Shown here: positions 6,888-16,408 of the stretch, piece after piece | How positions within the stretch are numbered: position 1 is the stretch's first letter | Layout of the letters: each line of letters begins with the position of its first letter | IMG/VR virus record: IMGVR_UViG_3300002835_000013 | Reading direction: 5' to 3' (one strand) | Length of the DNA: 64,000 bases | DNA from: a virus | The notes under the pieces: model-generated | The model's input: the letters and a program-made list of their open reading frames with translations, nothing else | Told to the model about the DNA's origin: nothing | The model's database searches: none | Translations under genes and position numbers: made by a program

Positions 6888-9431
6888 TCATGAAAAGAAG
6901 TCCTCCAAACTTGATGTTCGTTCTGTTTTCCAATCAATAGCATCCAAAATGATCTTGAGTGGTTCGAGGAACGATTTCTCGAATTGCGTATTATAGTCGA
7001 TATACTTGTGTAAGTCAAACTCTTTAGGTATATCTCCTTGTGGAAATGCAATCACATTTGATTGCACTGTGTTTGGTTCTTTCAGAAACACAAACTTGAT
7101 CTTCTCACCACCTTTGATTAGTTGATACTTATTAGTAAGTTTATGAGTAGATAGAAAGTGATTGTATATGAGAGAACCACGAACATGGATAGGACAACCG
7201 GATCCATATATGCTTTTCTTGTCTGAATACTTATCCAGTCCATTGACGCCACGAGGAAATGCAATGTCCGCCAAAGGCAGAGTTTCAAATTCACTACGGA
7301 AAGTTTGAATGAAAGTTTGGATAGCTTCTTCATTTGCGTCAAAGATAACATCAATGGATTCTCTTAGTTTGTCTCTACATGCGGTCGGTGTCGATGACTT
7401 AATCATCTCTAGACCCATAACCTTCTTCTTGGGTTTGGCATACTGCACACCCTCGGAGTTATGGACATTTAGAATGTATCGCTTCTTGGCAGTCCAGATT
7501 GCTTTGTCTGCCAAGACCTCTCGCTTCATGACAATCTTTTGCTGAAAGACGTTAGTGTATTCGCCAAGCTCTCCGCAAGCCTTATCAATAACAGGTTGCA
7601 ATTTACTTTCGCATACTCTGTCCATGAAAGCGATGGCTTTTGCAGTATCCTTAACATCGCCACGCAACGTCTGGCATACCACATCCTTAAGTGCAAGGTA
7701 AACTGAATCAGTATCGACTGCAATAACATAATCGCTCTCCGTTTTCAGTAGTTTGTTGAGATAGTTATTAAGTGATCTTTCGATCCAGCGTATTGACAAT
7801 TGGCTCGTAGTCGTGATTGCAATCGCATTTCGTAAATCGAAAAACCGAAAATACTGTGAACCCATCGCACCGTATAGCGAGTTGAGCGATACTTTTTTGG
7901 AGAGTTGCAGGTTGTTGTATTTTGCAATGGTCTTTTTAAGTTCTTTCTTCTTTGCTTCGTCGATTTCATTTTCATATTGTGCTTGTGCATCCAACATTGC
8001 CTTCTTGTATATCTTACGATCAGCGAACATCTTTTCAACCATTTCAGCCATGAAGCCTTGCTTGTCACGGCGATAGAACTGACCGTTAGCAGCCAAACAA
8101 ACGTTCTCTTCCTTTAGACATGATGTATCAATAGACTTATTAAGAAGGCCATCAACAGTGACATTAGCGGATATAATAGACCGCATACAATCGCTATAAG
8201 CACTAGGTTCGATAATCGTCTCAGGAGAGATATTGGTCCCCATAATAACAGACGGATACTCTGAGTTAACATCAAAACTAGCCACCCAATCATGGAAACC
8301 AGTAATAGGGTCTTTAACATAAGCGCCAACATAGGCAGCCTCCTTTTCGTGTCTTTCAATAGGAGGGACGACCACGTTTTTCGCCTTCAAATGATTAAAG
8401 CAAATAACGTCCCACATACGGACTTGTGCGAACACGTCCTCGTAGTTACATTTGTTATCATATGAAAGAGTTAGAGCAAGTTCAATAAACTTGTGCTTTT
8501 CATCAAGTCGGTTCACAAGATCAACGTCTTTGATGTTATAGTCAATGAACTTCTGATAATCTTCCTTGTAGAGATTATGAAGTGAACCAAATTCTTCATA
8601 TGATAGTTTACGCTCACCTAGCTCAACATTCGCAATGTTGTCTAGACGATAGCTTTCTTGCGATTTGCCATCAGGAGCATATTTCTTATATAGTGCCATT
8701 AGGTCCAGAGTAGCCACACCAAGAATGGAATAACCCTGTCCCTTACGATTCATGCCAAGATCCAGTGTCTTGGCATTGATAACGTTCCATGGCGAAAGTT
8801 TCTTTACTTCATCACCATACAGTTTAGAAATACGATTTACAAGATAAGGAATATCGAACTGTTCTACGTTCCAACCTGTAATGATATCCGGATGATCCTG
8901 TTGCCACCAGCCAAGAAACATGCTAACAAGTTGAAACTCGTCGGCACATCTATAATACACCACATCATGGCGCTTGGTGTTATATGGACCTGTTCCAAAT
9001 GTATGGAAGACGCCATCAACCAATACCGTGATTGCTGTCAACGGTTCATTGGCGAGTTCTGGTTCTGGAAAGCCATTCTCGGAGCCAACTTCGATATCGA
9101 TATTGGCTATACGGATTTGCGAGGCGTCCCAGTCAATCGTACCAGGAAACTCGTCGGCGATGAAACAATAATGATATTTCTGATTGCCATAAACCTTGAA
9201 GTTATCCACACCTTCATACTGTTTTACGAAATCTCGGCACTCTCGGATGTTGCCTGGTTTTATAGGTGCGACATACTCACCGTAAATGGTGGTATACTTG
9301 ATAGGCTTATTCGCAGCGACGAACAAGGTGGGGTTGTAATCCACCTTGTGTCGCACACGACGACCGTTTTCGATTCCACGGTATAGGATTTTGCCACCCC
9401 ATACCTCAACGCTCGTATAAAGTTTTTTCAT
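6888..9431 (-). CDS. gp43: family B DNA polymerase
   Basis: DIEV exonuclease motif, SFDVNSEYPS, KVSLNSLYG, VDTDS, KKRY. Confidence 0.98.
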   Translation of the reverse strand: MKKLYTSVEVWGGKILYRGIENGRRVRHKVDYNPTLFVAANKPIKYTTIYGEYVAPIKPGNIRECRDFVKQYEGVDNFKVYGNQKYHYCFIADEFPGTIDWDASQIRIANIDIEVGSENGFPEPELANEPLTAITVLVDGVFHTFGTGPYNTKRHDVVYYRCADEFQLVSMFLGWWQQDHPDIITGWNVEQFDIPYLVNRISKLYGDEVKKLSPWNVINAKTLDLGMNRKGQGYSILGVATLDLMALYKKYAPDGKSQESYRLDNIANVELGERKLSYEEFGSLHNLYKEDYQKFIDYNIKDVDLVNRLDEKHKFIELALTLSYDNKCNYEDVFAQVRMWDVICFNHLKAKNVVVPPIERHEKEAAYVGAYVKDPITGFHDWVASFDVNSEYPSVIMGTNISPETIIEPSAYSDCMRSIISANVTVDGLLNKSIDTSCLKEENVCLAANGQFYRRDKQGFMAEMVEKMFADRKIYKKAMLDAQAQYENEIDEAKKKELKKTIAKYNNLQLSKKVSLNSLYGAMGSQYFRFFDLRNAIAITTTSQLSIRWIERSLNNYLNKLLKTESDYVIAVDTDSVYLALKDVVCQTLRGDVKDTAKAIAFMDRVCESKLQPVIDKACGELGEYTNVFQQKIVMKREVLADKAIWTAKKRYILNVHNSEGVQYAKPKKKVMGLEMIKSSTPTACRDKLRESIDVIFDANEEAIQTFIQTFRSEFETLPLADIAFPRGVNGLDKYSDKKSIYGSGCPIHVRGSLIYNHFLSTHKLTNKYQLIKGGEKIKFVFLKEPNTVQSNVIAFPQGDIPKEFDLHKYIDYNTQFEKSFLEPLKIILDAIDWKTERTSSLEDFFS

Positions 9432-9742
9432 TAAGGCTTAATAATCTCTGATCTTGGAAGGACTAGACCACCAAACATAGAGGTATACTGATTGACAAAC
9501 TCATTGATTGGTGCAGCGATATATGTAACATGATGACGATTGATTGTCAAGTGTTTATCGTCAGTCCACTGTGTATAAGGACCGAATGCCACCTTTGGAT
9601 TGTTCTGATCCGCAGTTGGAATAACAACGATGCGAACCGGATTCTTTACCGTGATAGTGGTCTCTGTCTCGCTGATAAGTTCTCCAATGAACTCCTCGCC
9701 AGTCATCATGTGAACAAGTTTTAGATTTTCTGTCTTAGCCAT
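9431..9742 (-). CDS. conserved T4-like hypothetical protein (Sm-like fold likely)
   Basis: LVHMMTGEEFIG...KNP...PY pattern typical of the gene upstream of gp43. Confidence 0.7.
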   Translation of the reverse strand: MAKTENLKLVHMMTGEEFIGELISETETTITVKNPVRIVVIPTADQNNPKVAFGPYTQWTDDKHLTINRHHVTYIAAPINEFVNQYTSMFGGLVLPRSEIIKP

Positions 9743-9951
9743 TAGTCAACAATCTCCATCAAAAGGTCGTAAACACCGACCGTTACCCACTTCTCTGGAA
9801 TTAGAGTAGTGCGATTACCATTCTCATTCACGAATGAATAAGAGTTATCAAGATCCATAATCTTGACAATTCGTTCCCACTTGCCATCAAAGGCACGCTG
9901 CTTGAATGCAGTCTCTAGGACGTGCATGTTGCTTTCACTTGAAGGTACCAT
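9742..9951 (-). CDS. hypothetical protein
   Basis: GGAG RBS; TAATG coupling. Confidence 0.6.
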   Translation of the reverse strand: MVPSSESNMHVLETAFKQRAFDGKWERIVKIMDLDNSYSFVNENGNRTTLIPEKWVTVGVYDLLMEIVD

Positions 9952-10158
9952 GTTATTCTCCTTTTACTGAACACCCATCAATGACAATTCAGCTAACAAC
10001 TCGTTGTTTCTAATTTTTAGCAATTCTTTATTTGCAGTATGATTCGTTTCTTCTCTCAACATAGCAATATCTGTCTGAACCTTACATTTCAATTCATGTT
10101 CGTTACCATTATCATCAACAAGATAATATCTTTCTAGAATGTGCATACCATATTCTCC

Positions 10159-10827
10159 TTAGTCCCACAGGTTCTGATAATACTTTCCGAATAGTCGGAA
10201 GCCGTTCTGAATGCGTTCATTATAACGCTTCATGCCTTCATAGTCAACCCAATAATCAGGATTAGTTTGTTCTAGTTTGAAACAATCCTTAGAGGCATCT
10301 ACGTGTCGATGTATTTTAAATCCATCTTCTTCACAAGGCACTGGAATTTCTACATAATTAGGAGTGCCATGATAGAACTGTTCCTGCCAGTTTTCATAAG
10401 GAATAAGTTCCTGCTCAAATGTCCAAATCATTTCATTGAGAACCCATTCCCACTTATAGTGAACCCAGTTGTCACCCATATCCCAACCATTTTCATCAAC
10501 CTTGGGATCACTATAACGCATATGTGGAGGAAGATCCTCGTCATCAACCATAGGAGAACCATGCTTGGTATCTCTTAGCTGCTTGAGCATAGGTAGAATG
10601 ATGTGGGCAAGAGTATTGTCCATATTCCAAGTATCATATGGATCAATACGAACCTTAATGGTGCGTTCACCACGAATTTTATAAATCCAGTCGCAGATAT
10701 TGGTAAGCCAAGTCTGGGCTAGCCAATCACCTAGTCTATCCTTCTGGTCGTCGTTTAGAAATGTAACCCATTCAGCAATCTGATATGGTCCATACCAATT
10801 CTTATACGGCCCGATTTTTACTCTCAT
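10159..10827 (-). CDS. conserved phage hypothetical protein
   Basis: IDPYDTWNMDNTLAHIILPML...GFRLFGKYYQNLWD motif common in T4-like phages. Confidence 0.85.
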   Translation of the reverse strand: MRVKIGPYKNWYGPYQIAEWVTFLNDDQKDRLGDWLAQTWLTNICDWIYKIRGERTIKVRIDPYDTWNMDNTLAHIILPMLKQLRDTKHGSPMVDDEDLPPHMRYSDPKVDENGWDMGDNWVHYKWEWVLNEMIWTFEQELIPYENWQEQFYHGTPNYVEIPVPCEEDGFKIHRHVDASKDCFKLEQTNPDYWVDYEGMKRYNERIQNGFRLFGKYYQNLWD

Positions 10828-11174
10828 TTGTAAATAGCCTTTCCTGCTTCAATAAGTTCATTGACAGACTTCAAAGCATCTTCTCTTGAATTATACGTTG
10901 CAATCCATCTCCAACTAGGAAAGATAAGAACCCATTCACGAACACAAACTTTCCAGTAAAGTTTTCCTGCTCTAAAAGAATCGGGTTCAGCACAAATTTT
11001 ATATTTTTTCATCATACTTTTTTCTCCCATGCTCCATGAGTTGTGATCCAATCTTGAATACAATTTTCGTGATTGATTCTCGGATCACCATCACCAAACT
11101 TTTGAACCATCTTACATTCCCAATAATTCCAATAGTCGTATAGAATTTGTTGATCGGTGATTGTTATAGGTTCA

Positions 11175-11375
11175 TCAACATTCTGTTCGTAGTATTGATA
11201 CGTTTTCATAATGTTTCCTTATCTCAACTTTGATGGTATGGGCACAAGTCGCACAAACTACGGAACAACCGTGTTTCTCCATAATCTGTTGGACAGAAGG
11301 AACATCTCCTTCGTGATTGGTTAGAATTTGTTTGATTGTGTTGGATGATAGAGCGTTACAGGAACATAGAATCAT
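11175..11375 (-). CDS. bfd: Bfd-like [2Fe-2S] ferredoxin
   Basis: MILCSCN...CATC four-Cys pattern; own early promoter at about 11399-11426. Confidence 0.75.
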   Translation of the reverse strand: MILCSCNALSSNTIKQILTNHEGDVPSVQQIMEKHGCSVVCATCAHTIKVEIRKHYENVSILRTEC

Positions 11376-11426
11376 TTCTTTCCTCGCATAGATATATAGT
11401 ATAGCAGGACGCTCGGAGGTGTCAAG

Positions 11427-11810
11427 ATGCCCACAATTCTTTTATCACTAATTACATCAGGTGCTTTGAAGTGGATTTCCATTTTGGTTCTTGTTTTTGG
11501 ACTTGTTGGCGGTATGTATTCCAAACACAGGCAGATTGTTGATCAGGAAAAACAAATAGCTCTCCAACAGTATAACATCAAACAGTTGGAACAAACCGTA
11601 AAGGATCGTGATAGATATATCGGTGAAGTGGAAGACCTGTATAGAACAAGGTCGGAACGAATCAATGAACTTCTTCTGGAGAACAAGGAACTAGAAAAGA
11701 AACTAGAGGCAATCAATACACAAATTGATAAGCATGTTGGTGCTGGTCGTGACAAAGAGTCCTCACAGATATTGAAAGACACTATCAAGTCTCTTGGAGA
11801 AATGAAATGA
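11427..11810 (+). CDS. putative inner-membrane spanin (Rz-like)
   Basis: N-terminal TM helix followed by coiled coil; overlaps a lipoprotein gene; GGAGG RBS. Confidence 0.7.
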   Translation: MPTILLSLITSGALKWISILVLVFGLVGGMYSKHRQIVDQEKQIALQQYNIKQLEQTVKDRDRYIGEVEDLYRTRSERINELLLENKELEKKLEAINTQIDKHVGAGRDKESSQILKDTIKSLGEMK

Positions 11811-12088
11811 AAAAGATTATTCTATTGGTAGCAGTAATACTACTGGCTTCTTGTAATGACACGAAGCAGGTTGTGAAATCATATCGTCATATGGTTGTGC
11901 ATCCTGACGAGGCAATGTATTACTGTCCTGTTGTGAAACATTTTCCGAACTGGAACACTCTGACGGACAGTCAGGTTGCCAAGTTGATTGTTCAATTACA
12001 TAAGAACAATTTGACATGTAAAAGCTCCATAGAAAGTATTCGTAAGTTTCTGAAAGACGCTGACGCTAGAGTGAAAAGGGCGGAGTAA
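11807..12088 (+). CDS. putative outer-membrane lipoprotein spanin (Rz1-like)
   Basis: Lipobox LLAS-C, two further Cys, ATGA overlap with the preceding gene. Confidence 0.7.
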   Translation: MKKIILLVAVILLASCNDTKQVVKSYRHMVVHPDEAMYYCPVVKHFPNWNTLTDSQVAKLIVQLHKNNLTCKSSIESIRKFLKDADARVKRAE

Positions 12089-12096
12089 ATCCGCCC
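12074..12096. terminator. hairpin terminator between convergent genes
   Basis: GGGCGGA-GTAAA-TCCGCCC. Confidence 0.6.
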
Positions 12097-12102
12097 AATT
12101 CT

Positions 12103-12339
12103 TTATTCTTTTGGTGGCTCTGTCAATAGAGCAGTATGAACGGTTGTTACCTGTGTAATGAAACGCATTACAATCATGATAACACCGCTAACTGCGGTTG
12201 CTGCTGGAACGACCATGTTTTCTGGCACGCCCCAACCTAGTAGCAATCCATTCCAATCGACCATGCCGAGTTTTTCGGTTACCCATGGTAGAACAGATAC
12301 AACTAGAGCCATTAGATATGTTTTATATGGAAACATCAT
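12103..12339 (-). CDS. small two-TM membrane protein, holin candidate
   Basis: Two hydrophobic segments; GGAG RBS; CTAAATA late-promoter motif at 12376-12382. Confidence 0.55.
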   Translation of the reverse strand: MMFPYKTYLMALVVSVLPWVTEKLGMVDWNGLLLGWGVPENMVVPAATAVSGVIMIVMRFITQVTTVHTALLTEPPKE

Positions 12340-12385
12340 ATTCTCCTTTCGAAAGTAGACCCGAGGGTCCACTTCTATTTAGAGT

Positions 12386-12835
12386 TTAGTCAAGTTTAGC
12401 CCACTCTTTTAGTTTATTCATAAACGCTTCAAGCTGTTCTTTATCGTAGCAATGAACTTTATGATTTGCACCTTTATATGGTTCCCTAAAACCTTTATAG
12501 ATTGTATTCTCCTTAGGACCATACTTGTTCACCATTTCAAACACTCTAGGCAGAATCCAATCATTGAATACTGATTCGTCCTTACGCTTATTCTCAACAG
12601 ACCGATAAGGTTTGCCGGCAAGATAAGCACGGGCAAGAAATGTGGCACGATTTTCGTTCCGAACATCCCATACACGGTGATTATGAATAGACTGATACTT
12701 ATACACAAGATTCAGCGGAAGAGCCTGACGACTGGACATCCAGCGAATTTGCTTTTTGAGTTTACGTTCCTCGTGCTTGATAACTTTTGCTTCTAGTCCG
12801 AGGTGCTTTGATTTAATCTTTAGTTCAATACTCAT
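12386..12835 (-). CDS. basic 149-aa conserved phage protein under leader control
   Basis: LKIKSKHL..EAKVIKHEE...HNHRVWDVRNENRATFLARAYLAGKPYRSVE; RBS in hairpin. Confidence 0.85.
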   Translation of the reverse strand: MSIELKIKSKHLGLEAKVIKHEERKLKKQIRWMSSRQALPLNLVYKYQSIHNHRVWDVRNENRATFLARAYLAGKPYRSVENKRKDESVFNDWILPRVFEMVNKYGPKENTIYKGFREPYKGANHKVHCYDKEQLEAFMNKLKEWAKLD

Positions 12836-12921
12836 TTTGTTTCCTTTCTAATAACTGGTTCATAATGTGAATTAGGAAACAAGGGTGGTGATCTAGCAAC
12901 CTACATAAAAACTTCTTTCAT
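12832..12921 (-). CDS. leader peptide with in-frame amber codon: MKEVFM*VARSPPLFPNSHYEPVIRKETK
   Basis: AAGGAG RBS; TAG at 12901-12903; final TGA overlaps the ATG of the next gene. Confidence 0.75.
12837..12882 (-). promoter_or_regulatory. RBS-sequestering attenuator hairpin
   Basis: TTGTTTCCT (12874-12882) pairs perfectly with AGGAAACAA (12837-12845). Confidence 0.75.
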
Positions 12922-12941
12922 ATTATTCTCCTTTTGTTGAA

Positions 12942-13016
12942 TGGTGCCCCTAGTAGGACTTGAACCCACGTAAAGTCGTTTTAGAGACGACCGCATAACC
13001 ACTCTGCCATAGGGGC
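12942..13016 (-). tRNA. amber suppressor tRNA (CTA anticodon)
   Basis: GCCCCTA/TAGGGGC acceptor, GTCGT CT CTA AA ACGAC, A73, CCA; CTAAATA at 13024-13030 just upstream. Confidence 0.93.
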
Positions 13017-13026
13017 ACTAAACTAT

Positions 13027-13266
13027 TTAGCCTGGAATCTGGTAGACTGCGGTGCCACAAGAGGGCTTGATAACGATAGAACCTTCCCAAGGACGAAGCC
13101 AACCACGATGCCAAGTTCCCTGGACACAATACATGCCACGATGAACAGGAACTGACCAGTCACCAGTGAACGGTGGATCCTGAACGGGATTGTAATAAGT
13201 GCCGTATGGATCGGCCATTGCAGCCGTGCTGAATAGTAGTGCAGTAACAACCAAAATCTTCTTCAT
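13027..13266 (-). CDS. small exported protein
   Basis: Signal peptide MKKILVVTALLFSTAAMA; two Cys. Confidence 0.7.
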   Translation of the reverse strand: MKKILVVTALLFSTAAMADPYGTYYNPVQDPPFTGDWSVPVHRGMYCVQGTWHRGWLRPWEGSIVIKPSCGTAVYQIPG

Positions 13267-13521
13267 AATAATCACCTTCTCTTACGCTAAGCCTGTACCG
13301 TCATGGTCAGGAATATCTTCATTGATAGAAATCTTATTTATACCAAACTCACCTTCTTTTATAATCTCGGCGAGAAACAATACTGCCTTCTGTAGTTTAT
13401 CGCTATCATAGGAGGAACGAACTTTACCTTCCTCACGAAGATAAGAAGTTAGTAGGCAATAAGCCTCTGTGATGGCGCCAATACTAACCGTTGTCTTTAC
13501 TTCTAGCATACATTTCTCCTT

Positions 13522-13686
13522 TTAGCATTTGAACTTTACTGTAGCATCCTTCCAGTCACCACCCATAGGAACTTGAGCCTTGACAGAATGCAACTGGCAA
13601 ACACGAGGTTCTACCTTCATTTGATGGGTTTCGCATTCACCAGTATTTAGACAAATGCTTATGATAGCAAAGACCAACTCTTTCAT
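13522..13686 (-). CDS. small Cys-rich protein (54 aa, below ORF-track cutoff)
   Basis: MKELVFAIISICLNTGEC...KFKC with GGAG RBS. Confidence 0.55.
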   Translation of the reverse strand: MKELVFAIISICLNTGECETHQMKVEPRVCQLHSVKAQVPMGGDWKDATVKFKC

Positions 13687-14797
13687 AGTAACTCCTTATA
13701 GAAAAAACAATATAGAAACATATGCCAAACCAATGACAATGCCTAACATTGTGGGCCAATAAATCTTATCATTCACCTTGCGACTTGGCAACGGCTCGGT
13801 GGTAGTATCGCTCAAATATTGACAAACGATCCTCCTCCGAGTAGTCTTTGGGAATGGGTATACCTTTGCATTTTTGCCATACATCTTCTGCCATCTCCAA
13901 CATAAACTTACGATCACGCTCCTTGCGTTCACTTTCCGCAAGCGTCTTTAGCGTTTCTTCGTGAATTTTATTTACAATTTTTAATGCGTCTTTAATCTTT
14001 GTTTGGGTCATAGAACTTATCCAATACTGCCATTACAATGAATGAAACAGAGGTGCCTAGAACAAACCAAAAGATCCAGTTTATTGCTAGTTCGCCAATT
14101 GATGAATACTCACCCATTTATTTAGACCTCTTCTTAGGACGCATTCTTTGATTGACCAGTCTGATATGAACCGACCATGTGCCGACAATCATTTCATTAT
14201 ATGGGCGGAGCCATGTCATATTAGAATGACGGCGATATACCAGAGGTCGACCCTCTCTATAAGGTTCATTGAAACAAATCATCTTACCACTCCGGTGCTG
14301 AGGATTTACCACGACTGAAAGTATATGTCACATCCGAACCATATGCTGGACAAATGAATATTCGTTCAGGAATACCATTTCTATCTTTCTCACCGCTTTC
14401 ACCGCAAATGAAAAAGACCCCCTCAAGTTTCATAGGAAGGACGTTATGTCGAAGAAACTTACTCATAAGTTCCATACGGTCAGCGGCGTCCTGTATCAAA
14501 CCCTGCAAAGGTTCTTCCACCGCAACATCACGCAACTTTTGGATTACTTCCTCATTAGATAGTTTTGTCATTATACCAATGGCTCCGGTGCTTTCCAAGT
14601 TTCGGTAATGGCATATTCATCAGGATAATAACCACTATCTTTCATAGCAAAGAGAATGGTTTCCGCCATAATCTTACTATAGGTAGAGGCCACGATATAT
14701 CCTTCACTTACATTATATACGTGCCATGTAAATTCGCTATACGGCGAACGTTCAACATATGGTTTGATAATTTTACACTTGATCACTGTTGTATAGG

Positions 14798-15208
14798 TCA
14801 TCTTACCACCTTGTTTAGTGCTTTGAGGTCATCGGATTCGGTCAGAACCTGAAGCCCGCCCTTGTTATAGAGCGGCATAACACGCTTGGCTTTATCAAGA
14901 ATAGCCTTGCGAGTTTCTTCGTTTTCTTTATGTAGATTAGCCATCACGGAACGATTGGCCGTGGCATTTGCAGGTGCGTTACACACCTCTTGTAAAGATT
15001 TTTCGTGGTGTTTGGTAGAACGATCTACCTGCAATGAATTAGAATAATCAGATTTCCAAGACTTGTTAGCAGTCTTCTTTGCTTTAATCTGCTTGGGCGA
15101 AACACCCATCTTTACCAACCACGCATCATGCTCGGAACGGTCATGTTTGGTCTGCTTGCGCTTGCGAAGATTGGTCGTGGTATAATAGACGGGAAGAAGC
15201 GGCATAGA
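14798..15208 (-). CDS. conserved phage hypothetical protein
   Basis: C-terminal PLYNKGGLQV motif; TTGACA-17-TATAAT promoter at about 15231-15259. Confidence 0.7.
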   Translation of the reverse strand, partial: SMPLLPVYYTTTNLRKRKQTKHDRSEHDAWLVKMGVSPKQIKAKKTANKSWKSDYSNSLQVDRSTKHHEKSLQEVCNAPANATANRSVMANLHKENEETRKAILDKAKRVMPLYNKGGLQVLTESDDLKALNKVVR

Positions 15209-15562
15209 AATCTCCATTACTATTTTAGGGATTATATCAGAAGGAGATGATTTTGTCAACGCTTGCACATATCAAAAACTTCGTCATAATAGACTTCTTG
15301 AACATAAAGGCAATATCGATTGGGATCGAAAAAATTAGAAGCAAGCAAGGCATTCATATAATGATGGGCATCTTCTTCGGTATCAAAAGAATGAAGATTT
15401 AAGTAGTTGTCTTTTTGTTCATCTTCAAGAAAAACATGGAAATTTTTATTGTTGTCATACTCGGATTTCGTCAATTCTACGGTGCATTCAAATATAGACA
15501 TTTAGGATCCTTTCATCGTTAGGATCAATATAGCATAAAGAAACCCTTATGTCAAGCAAAAA

Positions 15563-15585
15563 GGGTGCGACAAAACGTCGCACCC
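15563..15585 (-). terminator. pmoC terminator hairpin that is also a RegA-like box
   Basis: GGGTGCGAC-N5-GTCGCACCC followed by TTTTT on the minus strand, just upstream of a CTTGAC promoter. Confidence 0.7.
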
Positions 15586-15610
15586 CAGTTTACATTCGTT
15601 TACATTTACC

Positions 15611-16384
15611 TTACTCGGTTAGGAGAGCGACGCCTTCCTTACCAACTAGAGAATGAACACGTCCTAGGATCTGTAGCACAACACCAAAGACACCTAGTGC
15701 CATCCATCCAAAGAATACGAAGCCCCAATGTAGCGGTGCCACAAATAGCTCTTCCATAAACCAGAATGTATGACCCCACTCATTGAGTCCAACGTTTGGA
15801 ATAATCATGAATGGACCAATAGCAACAATCAGGAACGCAAGGCTATATCCCTGTGCGAAGTAAGGGATACGAGTGCGAGCATAGAAGAACGCACCAACTG
15901 CGATGATTGAATAGATTGGATAACTCATGTAGAACTCAATGATATGAGACGGAGTGAAGTCCGTATCACGAATGACTGTCATATGCCATGTACCATCCTG
16001 TTCGGTGAAGAAACTTGCTCCCCAATAGATAGCAACAGCATAAACAACCAACCACTGTACCAGAACAACTAGACGACGCATTTCCTCACGTGGAGTTACT
16101 GCGGCCCATGTGCGGGTTCTAGTCTTCCAAAGATAACCTGCAAGACCAAGACCTGAAACTAGTTCTAGTGGGATTTCTGTCCAGAGGATGGACATCCAGT
16201 ATGTCTGGAACTCTGGTGCGAATGAATCAAGTCCAGCTCTCCAGCCGAATACCTGTTCATAGATGCGGACAATTAGGTAGAAAACATTTAGAAGGGCTAA
16301 GCCGATCCACATGCCTCTTAGGTCAACGACCTGTCTATCAACGCCGGTAGCCACAGCCGAAGCTGATCGATTTACAACGCTCAT
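15611..16384 (-). CDS. pmoC: particulate methane monooxygenase subunit C (type II methanotroph type)
   Basis: GLDSFAPEFQTYW, WGASFFTEQDGTWH, RDTDFTPSHI, GLNEWGHTFWFMEELFVAPLHWGF. Confidence 0.98.
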   Translation of the reverse strand: MSVVNRSASAVATGVDRQVVDLRGMWIGLALLNVFYLIVRIYEQVFGWRAGLDSFAPEFQTYWMSILWTEIPLELVSGLGLAGYLWKTRTRTWAAVTPREEMRRLVVLVQWLVVYAVAIYWGASFFTEQDGTWHMTVIRDTDFTPSHIIEFYMSYPIYSIIAVGAFFYARTRIPYFAQGYSLAFLIVAIGPFMIIPNVGLNEWGHTFWFMEELFVAPLHWGFVFFGWMALGVFGVVLQILGRVHSLVGKEGVALLTE

Positions 16385-16408
16385 ATAATCACTCCTATTT
16401 TTGATTAC

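Noticed and set aside
12942-13016. Pyrrolysine tRNA or genome-wide TAG recoding
   Set aside because: It has a 5-bp anticodon stem, A73 and normal D/T loops; no pyl genes are seen and long genes are intact in code 11.
15611-16384. Host contamination or chimeric pmoC
   Set aside because: Phage-like base composition, phage late-promoter motif and phage-type neighbours on both sides.
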